From NCBI GenBank assembly GCA_040755855.1, contig JBFMAD010000001.1, forward strand, positions 1 to 64,000: 64,000 bases of DNA. The letters run 5' to 3'. This stretch comes from Planctomycetota bacterium (GTDB taxonomy: Bacteria; Planctomycetota; Brocadiia; JAADGH01). Made by a program: the position numbers and the translations under genes. Positions within the stretch are counted from its first letter, which is position 1. Every line of letters begins with the position of its first letter. This document shows positions 10,001-18,883 of this stretch, one piece after another. A model generated the notes under the pieces. That model was not told where the DNA came from. It did no database searches and saw only the letters and a list, made by a program, of their open reading frames with translations.

Positions 10001-12601
10001 GCAGAAGACGTTGCCGCCATATCCCGGCCCCAGCCGCCTCCTCCGGAAAAGGTCCAGCCCACGGACACCGAACTGACAGCGGCGGCCAAGGCCAACGACC
10101 TTGCAAAGGTGGCGGACCTCATTGCCAAGGGGACCGACATCAACGCAACGGACAGTGATGGGGCCACCGCGCTGCACGGGGCCGCAAGCCGCGGCCACAA
10201 GGAGGTCGTGAGCCTCCTGCTCGCCCACGGCGCCGATGTGAACGCACAAGACAAAGACGGCATGACGCCGCTGCACCTGGCCGTCTGGAACGGACACGAG
10301 GCGATCGTGCGGCCCCTGGTCCAGAAAGGCGCCGCCGTCTCGCTGCACATGGTAGCCGCAATGGGGAAGCCGGATCGTGTGTCGCTGCTGATGGAAGACC
10401 GTTCGTCCGCAAACGCCAGGGACTCGCTCGGGATGACGCCTCTGCACTGGGCGGCGCACGCGGGCAACCGGGAGGTGGTCGAGTTCCTGATCGGCAAGGG
10501 GGCCGACGTCAATGCGGAGAGTCGAGACCGGCTCACGCCGTTGGACGTGGCGGAGATGGCCGCGCGGCGGGAGGCGGCGGACCTGCTCAGGGAGCACAAG
10601 GGACGGTCCGGCGTTACGACCCGCATGCCCGAAAATCCTGCCCCCGTCAAGGATGTGAACAAGAAGGATGGGACGGGGACGACGGCGCTCCATGAGGCGG
10701 CAGCCTCGGGTGGCAAGGACCTGGCGGCGATCCTCATCTCCCGCGGCGCGGATGTGAATGTGCAGAACAACGAGGGCATGACGCCGCTGCACCTCGCCGC
10801 CCTGGGGGGGCACAAGGAAGTGGCCGAGCTGCTCATTGACAACGGCGCGGACGTCAACGTCAAGGAAAAGAACGGCATGACGGCCCTGGACGTGGCCGAG
10901 CGAGCCGGCGAAGCGGACCTCGCGGCCCTGATTCGGTCGCATGGGGCAAAGACCGGGCTCGCCGGCGTCGAGATGGTGATGGCCGCGCAGAAGGGAAACA
11001 TGGCGAGGGTGATGGACCTGCTCGACTCGGGAGCCGACGTCAATGCCAGAGACAGCAGCGGGTCCACCGCGCTCCACAAGGCAGCGAGCCGCGGCTATCT
11101 CGAGATCGTATGGGTACTCATCCGCAACGGCGCGGACGTTAACGCCAAGGACAACCTCGGCATGAGGCCGCTCCACGAAGCGGTCTGGGAGGGCCACAAG
11201 GAGATAGGCAAGCTCCTCATCAGCAAGGGCGCCACAGTAACGCTCCACATCGCGGCCGGCGTCGGCCAGCCGGATCGCGTGTCGGCCTTCCTTGCAGAAG
11301 GCGCCGAGGTGGACTCAAAGGACCTGGCGGGGATGACCTCCCTGCACTGGGCGGCCCACTGCGGAAACAGGGAGGTGATCGAGTTCCTCGTCCGACAAGG
11401 GGCCTTCGTCAATGCAAAAGACAATCGCGGGGTGACGCCCCTCTACCTCGCCGCCGGAAACGCCGAAAAGCGCGTTGTCGCGCTTCTGACCGACTGCGGC
11501 GCTGACGTGAACGTCGGGGGACCGGAGGGCGCGCCGCTGCACTTCGCCGTCTTCAAAGGACGGATGGACGTGGTCGAGCTGCTCCTCGCCAAGGGCGCCG
11601 ATGTGAACGCGCGGGAGCAAAGCGGCGGTGCTCCGCTTCACCTGGCAGCCGCGAACGGACAACGCGATGTCGCCGCCCTGTTAATCAACAGCGGCGCCGA
11701 CGTGAATGCCAAAGAGGAAACTGGAGAGACACCATTGCACGTCGCCGCCGGAGCGGGAAGCAAGGACGTGGCCGAGTTGCTGATTCGCTATGGCGCGAAT
11801 GTGAACGCTGGCAATGCCTTCGGGCTGACCCCTCTCCATGAGGCCGCGCTGTCGGACCGCCGCGACATGGCCGAACTCCTGATCGCCGGCAAGGCCAATG
11901 TGAACGCGAAGGACCAGGAGGGACGCACCCCCCTGCAAGCGGCCATTTCCAACGGAAACCTGTCGGTTGCCGCGCTCCTGGTGAGCAAGGGGGCGGCCCT
12001 GGAGGCGTACGGGGACAAGGAAGGAAAGCCTGCGGCCGCGGTCGCCGATCAGGGGGCCGAGCTAAGGGCCGCCGCGCTTATGAGCGACCAGGATAAAGCC
12101 CGGATGCTGCTCGACCAGGGCGCCGCCCCCCAGGCAAAGGACGGCGACGGCGTCACCCCCCTCTATTGGGCGGCCTTTCGCGGCAGCAAGGAACTGACCG
12201 AACTTTTGGCCGACAAGGGGGCGGACGTGAACGTGAGGACCCGCTCAGGCGTAACTCCCTTGCATCTGGCCGCGCGCTGTGCGAACAGCGGCGCGGCGGA
12301 ATCACTTGTCGGCCGCGGCGCGGACGTGAACGCAAAGGACGACCGCGGCGTAACGCCGCTGCACGAGGCCGCAATCTGGGGTCGCGAGGAGATCGCCAAG
12401 CTGCTGGTGGAGAAGGGGGCGGACGTCAACGCCAGAGCGAAGGACGGCGCAACCCCCCTGCGAGCGGCGGTGGCCAGCGGTTACCTTGGACTGGCCCAGT
12501 TTCTCCAGAGCAAAGGCGCAAAAGGCGAAGATGCGCCGGAGGAGAAGAAGGAGGAGCCGGCATCCAAGCCCAGCGCCAGTCAGTCCATGTTTCGACGATA
12601 A
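7073..12601 (+). CDS. REC-Ser/Thr protein kinase-TM-coiled coil/Pro-rich linker-ankyrin repeat protein
   Basis: REC (IVDDD, DVYMPGMDG, KKP); acidic/Pro linker; Hanks kinase (VALK, HRDLKPSN, DFS, GTLAYMSPEQ, SDIYSLG); TM VAIVLVLLGLLAFIWI; Ala/Glu/Lys coiled coil; PE/PK repeats; about 25 ankyrin repeats (TPLH...GADVNA). Confidence 0.92.
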   Translation: MGTERILIVDDDRSVRDGVSRVLRSKGFEIEVADEPAIALDILRNFRPALVLTDVYMPGMDGVALARSAKAQYPDIGLIAMTGHASMASAVEFLKLGADDYLKKPVPMGRLIASIQMALEKREAKAGKKSKEAPKEEEKAAIAAEKPADAAEGPPTEQLTLAELEARAAEQKPQEPAPEAATQQIPIVRPEKAPPQGLADLHTQEIMLDAVEGAVERTEKPPRQVEPPAQPPPTVAKPAVVEAPPPSPSRKEPEDWQRQLMQELAAQSAEDRSPPEELPEQAPEGADRLHPEELMLEALDQVQGKKPPREEPVGSQTAHIRVDALAWPQTEEAPQEATEQPPAEPTAADEDRAAEEAIVGPPQKQAAPVETIEMTAEEDAAEERPASPFPNYEIVEDIVRGEMGDVFKARQLNPPRLVALKVVPQSAFDSQEEEDRFLRESRAAAALSHPGVVPIYDIAEVQGNYCFAMEYVEGETLDEYIKTRKEGVEDRLNLFLKISEIVAYAHSQGVLHRDLKPSNIIIDRAGRVRISDFSLARLTETVPGHEDTEVMMSSVVVGTLAYMSPEQTLGSREKMDERSDIYSLGVILYEMLTDTRPYFVDVLPDPIEALDSIRKENPKRPSDVVRTLEGDLENIILKSLAKAKEERYQSVADLAADIETYLAGEEVGAPMAEAKAAPRRALQVAIVLVLLGLLAFIWIRSAKRDREKAPGPDQGSEQTTATPDIPKPDSAAQPVAAPRPEGAKPVVEPPSPSAMDERLKAIEAQTARLLEELDAEKTRAMEAEEKAKDDAARMEQIAAQLQAERERADEARKKAEAEAARIKDLQIHMEKEKARAAEAEERAKAEEQRAQKLLAELKAEKERAAQEELKPPPKPEVKPEPAPMPEHKPEPIPIPAPEAKPAPKPTPEPKPEAKPEPQPQPPPVIAAPSRLWDREAPNKTPDTAKVEKPAPEKPPTVAAPAKPALDAKPVLVAKPTAEDVAAISRPQPPPPEKVQPTDTELTAAAKANDLAKVADLIAKGTDINATDSDGATALHGAASRGHKEVVSLLLAHGADVNAQDKDGMTPLHLAVWNGHEAIVRPLVQKGAAVSLHMVAAMGKPDRVSLLMEDRSSANARDSLGMTPLHWAAHAGNREVVEFLIGKGADVNAESRDRLTPLDVAEMAARREAADLLREHKGRSGVTTRMPENPAPVKDVNKKDGTGTTALHEAAASGGKDLAAILISRGADVNVQNNEGMTPLHLAALGGHKEVAELLIDNGADVNVKEKNGMTALDVAERAGEADLAALIRSHGAKTGLAGVEMVMAAQKGNMARVMDLLDSGADVNARDSSGSTALHKAASRGYLEIVWVLIRNGADVNAKDNLGMRPLHEAVWEGHKEIGKLLISKGATVTLHIAAGVGQPDRVSAFLAEGAEVDSKDLAGMTSLHWAAHCGNREVIEFLVRQGAFVNAKDNRGVTPLYLAAGNAEKRVVALLTDCGADVNVGGPEGAPLHFAVFKGRMDVVELLLAKGADVNAREQSGGAPLHLAAANGQRDVAALLINSGADVNAKEETGETPLHVAAGAGSKDVAELLIRYGANVNAGNAFGLTPLHEAALSDRRDMAELLIAGKANVNAKDQEGRTPLQAAISNGNLSVAALLVSKGAALEAYGDKEGKPAAAVADQGAELRAAALMSDQDKARMLLDQGAAPQAKDGDGVTPLYWAAFRGSKELTELLADKGADVNVRTRSGVTPLHLAARCANSGAAESLVGRGADVNAKDDRGVTPLHEAAIWGREEIAKLLVEKGADVNARAKDGATPLRAAVASGYLGLAQFLQSKGAKGEDAPEEKKEEPASKPSASQSMFRR

Positions 12602-12705
12602 CGTCGTATTCGAACTACGCACCGGCAGCGACGTTGCCCACGGAGACAACTGATCGGGCCCGCCAAGTTCCGTACCCTGCGAAAGATTACCCACATTTCG
12701 TTTGA

Positions 12706-12820
12706 CTATTCCTAATCCTGTTCCTAATCTTACTCATAATCCTAATCTTAATCTCTCTTCGCCTGGATGGAAGCGAGATTGGGATTGGGATTGGGATTAA
12801 GATTACGAGTAGGAGCAGGA
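12706..12820. repeat. Inverted hexamer arrays (CTAATC-like / GATTRG-like) forming a long imperfect hairpin
   Basis: CCTAATCCTGTTCCTAATCTTACTCATAATCCTAATCTTAATCTC faces GAGATTGGGATTGGGATTGGGATTAAGATTACGAGTAGGAGCAGGA. Confidence 0.8.
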
Positions 12821-12838
12821 GGAAGGAGGAGGGAGACG

Positions 12839-13696
12839 ATGGAGATCACGCGACGCAACGTCCTGCACATGGCTCTGACGGCGCTTGGCGGTCTCGCCCT
12901 CGGGGCGCGGCCCACGGCAGCCCAGGAGAAGAAGGCCGGTCGCATCAACCAGTCATGGGCCTGGTGGTGCTTCGCCCGGAAGAACAGCGACCCGGCGGCC
13001 CTCATCCGCGAATCGGCGAAGATGGGCTATGCCGCCGTGGATATGCCGCCGCCGAACCAGTGGAATCTCATCCGCGAGTGCGGCATGAAAATCTCCGCCA
13101 TCGGCGGGCATGGCAAGCTGACCGACGGCCTGAACCGGCGCGAGAACCACGATCGCATCGAACAGGAGCTGCGCAAGAACATTGACGCCGCCGCCGAGGT
13201 CGGCATTCCAAATCTCATCTGCTTCAGCGGCAATCGCGGCGGACTCTCCGACGAGGAGGGGCTGAAAAACACCGTGGAGGGCTTCAAGCGCGTGGCCAAG
13301 CATGCCGAGGAGAAGAAGGTCGCGCTCGCCATGGAACTCCTCAACAGCAAGGTGAACCACAAGGACTACCAGTGCGACCACACGGCCTGGGGCGTCGAGG
13401 TCTGCAAGCAGGTCGGCTCGCCCGCGGTGAAGCTGCTCTACGACATCTACCACATGCAGATCATGGAGGGGGACATCATCCGCACGATCCGGGACAACAT
13501 CGCCTACATCTCCCACTTTCACACCGGCGGCAATCCTGGCCGGAACGACCTGGACGAGACGCAGGAGCTTTACTACCCGGCCATCATGCGCGCGATCAAG
13601 GAGACGGGGTTCCAGGGTTATGTCGCCCATGAGTTCGTGCCCAAGGGCGACCCGATCGAGGCGCTGAAGAAGGCGTATGAGCTGTGCAACGTCTGA
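12839..13696 (+). CDS. Tat-exported hydroxypyruvate isomerase family (xylose isomerase-like TIM barrel) protein
   Basis: Tat signal ITRRNVLH; ELLNSKVNHKDYQCD, LYDIYHMQIMEGD, HFHTGGNPGR and HEFVP motifs; GGAGG RBS before ATG 12839. Confidence 0.88.
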   Translation: MEITRRNVLHMALTALGGLALGARPTAAQEKKAGRINQSWAWWCFARKNSDPAALIRESAKMGYAAVDMPPPNQWNLIRECGMKISAIGGHGKLTDGLNRRENHDRIEQELRKNIDAAAEVGIPNLICFSGNRGGLSDEEGLKNTVEGFKRVAKHAEEKKVALAMELLNSKVNHKDYQCDHTAWGVEVCKQVGSPAVKLLYDIYHMQIMEGDIIRTIRDNIAYISHFHTGGNPGRNDLDETQELYYPAIMRAIKETGFQGYVAHEFVPKGDPIEALKKAYELCNV

Positions 13697-13753
13697 CGAC
13701 GGCGGGGCGGCGACTGAACCACAAGACATAGTTCACTTTCAGGAGGAAGGGTG

Positions 13754-16078
13754 ATGGAGAAGCTTACCATCGCAGTCCCATTGATGCTCGCCCTGGGCGC
13801 GGCCTGCGCCTTCGCCCAGCAGGCCGACGTGGCCGTAGTGAAGAGCACCATCGCGGCGAAGAAGGACCCCGGTCAGGCGAGGGGCTATGACGCGCACCGT
13901 GAGGCCGTGACGCGGAAGCTCGAGCAGTGCGGCGTGCCCTTCGACCTCCTCACCGACGAGCAGGTCATCGCCGGCAAGCTGGTCGAGCACAAGCTCGCCA
14001 TATTCCCCTTCAACAGCGTGACGCAACAGGACGAGATCGGCCAGATTCTCAAGTTTGTCGAGGGCGGCGGGAAGCTGATGTGGTTCTATTCCTTCCCGGA
14101 GGCCCTCGGCAAGACGCTCGGCATCGGCAAGTACAGTTATCGCGGGGTGAAGTACGACGGCGAGTTCCACACCATGAAATTCGCCGACGCCCCGCCCGGC
14201 TTCCCCGCCGCGGTCCACCAGGAATCGCCCAACAGCCGCATCGTCGAGGAGGTCCTGCCCGGCAGCCGCGCCATCGCCCTCTGGCGCGACAAGGACGGCA
14301 AGGACACCGGCGTCCCGGCGGTGGTCCTCTCGCCGAATAGTCTGTTTCTCTCCCACGTCCTATGGGGCAACGCCGACGCCGACCAGCAGTCGCGGCTCCT
14401 GCTCGGCGCCATCTGCCACTTCATCCCGGGCAAGTGGGGGGAGATCGTGAACAACGTCCTCGCCAAGGCCGGTCCCGAGGCCGGGTATGACAGCTTAGAC
14501 GCCCTGCGCAAGGCCGCCGAGAAGCCCGTCGCCCGCGAGTGGGCGGAGAAGGCGATTGCCCAGGAGCGAAAGGCGCGCGAGGCCCTGGCCGCCCGGCGAT
14601 TCGACGAGGCGCTGGACCTGGCGAAGCAGGTCCAGGCGAGCGCGCAGATGGCCTCGGCGGCGAGCTTCCCCTCCCGGCCGTACGAGCTCCGCGGCGCGTG
14701 GGTCCATCCCAACGACTCCACCGACTGGGAGGTGATCATGGCGGCGCTTGCGGACGCAAACTTCAACGCCGTCTTCCCTATCATGTGCGGGCCGGAATTG
14801 GCGAAGTATCCGAGCCAGTATGCCCCGCAGGCCACCCAGCGCGACCACATGAAGGAATGTCTCGAAGCGGCGCGCAAGCACGGCATCGAGGTCCATGTCT
14901 GGAAGGCCAACTGGCAGGTGCTCAGCCAGAAGGGAGAGGTGTATCAGAAGTTCCTCGACGAAGGCCGCTTCGTCCTGAGCCTCGAACAGGCGATGGGCGA
15001 GAAGGAGAAGAGCCACTACCAGTGGAGCGCGCGCTGGCTCGATCCCTCCGAGGATCGCAACCGGCAGTTGGAGTACGATATGATGATGGAACTCGTCGAG
15101 AAGTACCATCCCAACGGCATCCACTTCGACTTCATGCGCTACCCGCAGAGTAACTACTGCTACTGCGACCGATGCCGGCAGAAGTTCCAGGAGTGGGCGG
15201 GCGTCAAGATCGAGCAATGGCCGCAGGACTGCACGGGCGAGGGCAAGCACGTCGCCAAGTGGTGCGATTGGCGGCGGCATTTGCAGACCTCCCTCGTCAA
15301 GCGCATCGCCGAGGGGGCGCGGAAGATTGACCCGAATGTGAACATCTCCCTCGCCGCCCGCGCCAGCATGACGGGGTCGTACGAGAGCGACGCGCAGGAC
15401 TGGGTGACGTGGTCGAAGGAGGGCTACCTGACGATGCTCTGCCCCATGGACTACACACACAGCGTGGACGTCCTGCGGAGCAAGCTGGAACCCCAGGTCG
15501 CGGCCGTTGACGGGGCCGTGCCGGTCTATGCCGGCATCGGCGTCAGCCCCACACGGTCGGCCACGCCGGTGAACCTGTCCCAGCAGATCAGGCTCGCTCG
15601 CGAGCTGGGGGCGGACGGGTTTCTCATGTTTGCCCTATCCCCATTCTCCCAGGCCATGCTGCCGACGGTCAAACTCGGTGCGACGTCGGCGCCCGTCACG
15701 ATCATGCCCCACCACCGGCAGCCGGTGAAGGCGGTCTTCGACTACCCACCCGGCATCGAGGGCGCGCCGAAGCGGACGTATCGAGTCGGGGAGGCCGTGA
15801 GCGTGCGATGGAAGGTGACGCCGGCCCAGGACGATGTGAATGATTCCAGCGTGCAGGCGTTTGTCACGCCCGCCGCCGGGGGCGAGGAGAAGCCTGTCGA
15901 GGGCGAGGCCGTTGCCCTCCCGTCCGAGCCGGGCATCTACGTCGTCGTCCTTCGCGGAGCGGCCCTCCTGAAAGATGGAAAGGAAAAGGAAGTCTACTTC
16001 CGCAGCCAGCCGATCAACATCCTGACCGAAGAGCAGGTGAAGGAACTCCTGGAGCGCATGAAAGGGAAGGGCAAGTAG
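13754..16078 (+). CDS. Secreted family 10 glycosyl hydrolase-like protein (GHL10/DUF187) with an N-terminal GATase-like domain
   Basis: Signal peptide; ELRGAWV, GIEVHVW, WLDPS, GIHFDFMRYP, CYCDRC, AQDW and PMDY motifs. Confidence 0.78.
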   Translation: MEKLTIAVPLMLALGAACAFAQQADVAVVKSTIAAKKDPGQARGYDAHREAVTRKLEQCGVPFDLLTDEQVIAGKLVEHKLAIFPFNSVTQQDEIGQILKFVEGGGKLMWFYSFPEALGKTLGIGKYSYRGVKYDGEFHTMKFADAPPGFPAAVHQESPNSRIVEEVLPGSRAIALWRDKDGKDTGVPAVVLSPNSLFLSHVLWGNADADQQSRLLLGAICHFIPGKWGEIVNNVLAKAGPEAGYDSLDALRKAAEKPVAREWAEKAIAQERKAREALAARRFDEALDLAKQVQASAQMASAASFPSRPYELRGAWVHPNDSTDWEVIMAALADANFNAVFPIMCGPELAKYPSQYAPQATQRDHMKECLEAARKHGIEVHVWKANWQVLSQKGEVYQKFLDEGRFVLSLEQAMGEKEKSHYQWSARWLDPSEDRNRQLEYDMMMELVEKYHPNGIHFDFMRYPQSNYCYCDRCRQKFQEWAGVKIEQWPQDCTGEGKHVAKWCDWRRHLQTSLVKRIAEGARKIDPNVNISLAARASMTGSYESDAQDWVTWSKEGYLTMLCPMDYTHSVDVLRSKLEPQVAAVDGAVPVYAGIGVSPTRSATPVNLSQQIRLARELGADGFLMFALSPFSQAMLPTVKLGATSAPVTIMPHHRQPVKAVFDYPPGIEGAPKRTYRVGEAVSVRWKVTPAQDDVNDSSVQAFVTPAAGGEEKPVEGEAVALPSEPGIYVVVLRGAALLKDGKEKEVYFRSQPINILTEEQVKELLERMKGKGK

Positions 16079-16138
16079 AAGCAGAGCACGTGTTCACAGG
16101 CAGCGGATTGATGGATCCGCCTTCCCAAAGAGAGTTGG

Positions 16139-16348
16139 CTATGCTTTGTGCTTCGCAATCAACTGGCGAACAGCAGGAACGAGTTCATTCGGGACTTCCA
16201 TGACGCTATGCGTCTGGCTCTCGAAGGCCGCCTCATCCTCAGCGACCGCCTCGTCCTGGGTTTGCTCTTCGTAGTGCGCCAGGGCCCTGCGCACCCTCTC
16301 TTCGTCCCAGCCGACAGGAAATTTGCTTTTATTGAAGTTGTTATTCAT
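16139..16348 (-). CDS. Small acidic antitoxin-like hypothetical protein
   Basis: FPVGWDEERVRRALAHYEEQTQDEAVAEDEAA...VPNELVPAVRQLIA. Its start overlaps the serA stop (ATGA). Confidence 0.6.
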   Translation of the reverse strand: MNNNFNKSKFPVGWDEERVRRALAHYEEQTQDEAVAEDEAAFESQTHSVMEVPNELVPAVRQLIAKHKA

Positions 16349-17925
16349 AACGAAATCAGGTGCGCCGTGTAAACGCTGTCAATCGCCTCGATCTCCTTGA
16401 GGACGGTGGCGGGGACGGGGGAGTCCACGTTCAGGGCGGTGATGGCGCGGCCGCCCGCCTCCTGGCGACCGAAGGTCATGCGGGCGATGTTGATGGCGCG
16501 CCGGCCGAGGATCGTGCCGATGTTGCCGATCAGGCCTGGCCGGTCCACGTCGAAGATCACGAGCACGTGGCCCTCCGGCACGATCTCCACATGGTAATCG
16601 TCAATGGAGACGATGCGGATGCTGTCGCGTCCGAAGAGCGTGCCCTGCGTGGAGCGGATGCCGTCCGCCGTCTCGATCTCGGCCTGGATGAGGTTGGCGA
16701 AGCCGCGCGCGGACTCGGACTTGCGCTCGGTAAGGGTGATGTTCCGGCTCTGGGCCATGAGCGGGGCGTTGACCATGTTGATCGGCTGGTCGAACATCGG
16801 TCGCAGCAGGCCGGCCAGGTAGCTGGCCGTGACCATCGTCACGTCGCCCTTGGCGATCTCGCCGCTGTAGGTGATCTCGACGGCCCTGATGCGCCCGGGC
16901 GCGAGCTGGATCTGCAGCATCCCCATCTTCTCCGCCAGGGCGATGTAGGGCCGGAGGCGCTCGGCCTCCTTCAGGTCCAAGGACGGCAGGTTCACGGCGT
17001 GGCGGACGCCGCGGTCGAGGAGCGCGTCGGCGAGCTGCGCCGCCGCCTGCTGGGCCACTTGTATCTGCGCCTCCTCCGTCGAGGCCGCGAGGTGGGGCGT
17101 GCAAATCACCTGCGGGAGGTCAATGAGCCTCCGGTCGGTCGGCGGCTCCTCGACGAAGACGTCGAGCGCCGCGCCGGCGACCTTGCCGGACCGGATCGCA
17201 TCGTAGAGGGCCCCTTCATCAATGATGCCTCCGCGGGCGCAGTTGAGGATGCGCACGCCTTTTTTCATTATTGCGAATTCCTTCTCACCGATCATACCCT
17301 CCGTCTCGGGGGTCATGGGGGTGTGGACGGTGATGTAGTCGGCCTTGGGATAGATCTCCTTCGGGTCGGCCGCCAGCTCGATGCCGAGGTCGCGGGCCTT
17401 CTGCCTGTCAATGTATGGATCGTAGCCGATCACCTTCATGTCCAGCCCGACGGCGCACTTGGCCACGTCGTAACCCACGCGGCCAAGCCCGATTACGCCG
17501 AGGACCTTTTCGGACACCTGGGCGCCCGTGAAGGACTTTCGGTCCCATTTCCCCTCGCGCATGGACGTGTTGGCCTGGGGGATATTTCGCGAAAGCGAAA
17601 GAAGCAGGGCGATGGTGTGCTCCGCCGTGGAGCGCGTGTTGCCGCCGGGGGTGTTCATCACGATGACGCCGCGCTTCGTCGCCGCGTCCACGTCAATGTT
17701 GTCAATGCCCGCGCCCGCGCGGGCTACGGCGCGCAGGTTCTCCGCCGCGGCGATGACGTCGGCGGTGATCTTCGTTGCGCTGCGGACGATGACGCCCTCG
17801 ACGGACTGGACTTCCTTCTTGAGATCGTCCGGCGACAGGCCGGTCTTGCAGATCGTCTCGATGCCCGCGCTTTGCAGGATCTCCACCGCGTCTTCCGGCA
17901 GCGTATCACAAATTAGCACTCTCAC
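16345..17925 (-). CDS. serA: D-3-phosphoglycerate dehydrogenase (with ASB and ACT domains)
   Basis: RAGAGIDNID, NTRSTAEHT, GLGRVG, NCARGG, ALDVF, TPHLAASTEEAQ and C-terminal DRPGLIG...INIA; 526 aa. Confidence 0.95.
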   Translation of the reverse strand: MRVLICDTLPEDAVEILQSAGIETICKTGLSPDDLKKEVQSVEGVIVRSATKITADVIAAAENLRAVARAGAGIDNIDVDAATKRGVIVMNTPGGNTRSTAEHTIALLLSLSRNIPQANTSMREGKWDRKSFTGAQVSEKVLGVIGLGRVGYDVAKCAVGLDMKVIGYDPYIDRQKARDLGIELAADPKEIYPKADYITVHTPMTPETEGMIGEKEFAIMKKGVRILNCARGGIIDEGALYDAIRSGKVAGAALDVFVEEPPTDRRLIDLPQVICTPHLAASTEEAQIQVAQQAAAQLADALLDRGVRHAVNLPSLDLKEAERLRPYIALAEKMGMLQIQLAPGRIRAVEITYSGEIAKGDVTMVTASYLAGLLRPMFDQPINMVNAPLMAQSRNITLTERKSESARGFANLIQAEIETADGIRSTQGTLFGRDSIRIVSIDDYHVEIVPEGHVLVIFDVDRPGLIGNIGTILGRRAINIARMTFGRQEAGGRAITALNVDSPVPATVLKEIEAIDSVYTAHLISL

Positions 17926-17977
17926 GTTTTCGCACCATGCCTTTCATGAATCGTTCGCAGTGTCCGACCTCCAGCTC

Positions 17978-18004
17978 GTCATTCCCGCGAAAGCGGGAAT
18001 CCAG
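17978..18004. repeat. ATTCCC-N8-GGGAAT palindromic repeat (dRS3-like/REP-like)
   Basis: GTCATTCCCGCGAAAGCGGGAATCCAG in the serA leader. Confidence 0.7.
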
Positions 18005-18080
18005 GCCCCAAAAGGAGAACTATCCCTTCCACCGCGGCGCCGTCCCGTGGAAGTAGATTGAACCGGCAGAACGGGTTTTC

Positions 18081-18109
18081 AGTATATCGCGCCGGTTGGT
18101 CGCGGTCAA
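18081..18109 (-). promoter_or_regulatory. Sigma70 promoter for serA
   Basis: TTGACC-17 bp-TATACT on the minus strand. Confidence 0.7.
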
Positions 18110-18132
18110 CCGTTTTCACTACGCAAGTCCCT

Positions 18133-18369
18133 CTACCCTTCATCCCCCGGCATCGGCTTTCGGCGCGGGACGTTCTTCAGGATTTTTCTGAATGCCTTCC
18201 TGTCCGCTCTTGCCGCTCGGAAGCCGAGGTATTCCTCTGTCATAATCGCTGATACCTTCTCGGCCACGGCGGAGGAGATGAATTGGTTGATGGACACGCC
18301 TTCCCGCCTGGCGATTTCCTTGATGTGGCGATGAATCGAGTCCGGTAATCGTAAACTTAACGCGCTCAT
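18133..18369 (-). CDS. HicB-family/RHH antitoxin
   Basis: MSALSLRLPDSIH...AR.EGVSINQFISSAVAEK ribbon-helix-helix pattern; abuts the PIN gene. Confidence 0.85.
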   Translation of the reverse strand: MSALSLRLPDSIHRHIKEIARREGVSINQFISSAVAEKVSAIMTEEYLGFRAARADRKAFRKILKNVPRRKPMPGDEG

Positions 18370-18786
18370 CTATATCTCCTCCAAGAACTTTCCTGGTGTG
18401 ATTGCTCGAATGCCGAACTTCTCAACCCCTCGAAAGTCCCTCACGTTATGCGTCACGATCGTGTCCACCCCCGACGCCACCGCCAACTCGAGCAGATGGT
18501 CATCCTTCGGATCGCGGAGCTGTGGCCGCCACAGGAAGTAGATCGTCTGATGCTCCCCAAGCAAGCACAAATTATCCAATACAACGTCGACGTCCTCATT
18601 GGACAGGCCCAAAGAGCGTTTGTGCCGCTTCAGGACCTCCTCATACTCAAACACCAACGCAATGGACAGCACGATGGCAACCTTCTCCCTCTCAACGGCA
18701 TCAAGGACCTTGTGCGACGCCCCCGCTGAGGAATAGAGCCCCGCGAGGAGGACGTTTGTATCAAGAACAATCCTCGTTTTTTCCAT
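18370..18786 (-). CDS. PIN-domain toxin (putative TA toxin, PIN family)
   Basis: VLDTNV, EYEEV, RDPKDDHLLELAV and IVTHNVRDF PIN motifs. Confidence 0.9.
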   Translation of the reverse strand: MEKTRIVLDTNVLLAGLYSSAGASHKVLDAVEREKVAIVLSIALVFEYEEVLKRHKRSLGLSNEDVDVVLDNLCLLGEHQTIYFLWRPQLRDPKDDHLLELAVASGVDTIVTHNVRDFRGVEKFGIRAITPGKFLEEI

Positions 18787-18792
18787 AAAACA

Positions 18793-18822
18793 ATGATACC
18801 GTATGCAGTATCAAATTGTCAA
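18793..18822 (-). promoter_or_regulatory. TA promoter with overlapping palindromic operator
   Basis: TTGACA-18 bp-TATCAT, 6 nt before the ATG; TGATAC-N8-GTATCA at 18794-18813 overlaps the -10. Confidence 0.7.
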
Positions 18823-18883
18823 GCGCGAAATAGGGTACACGCGCCCCCCCCACTTGCAACGCCTCCACCCTGCATCCCACGGC

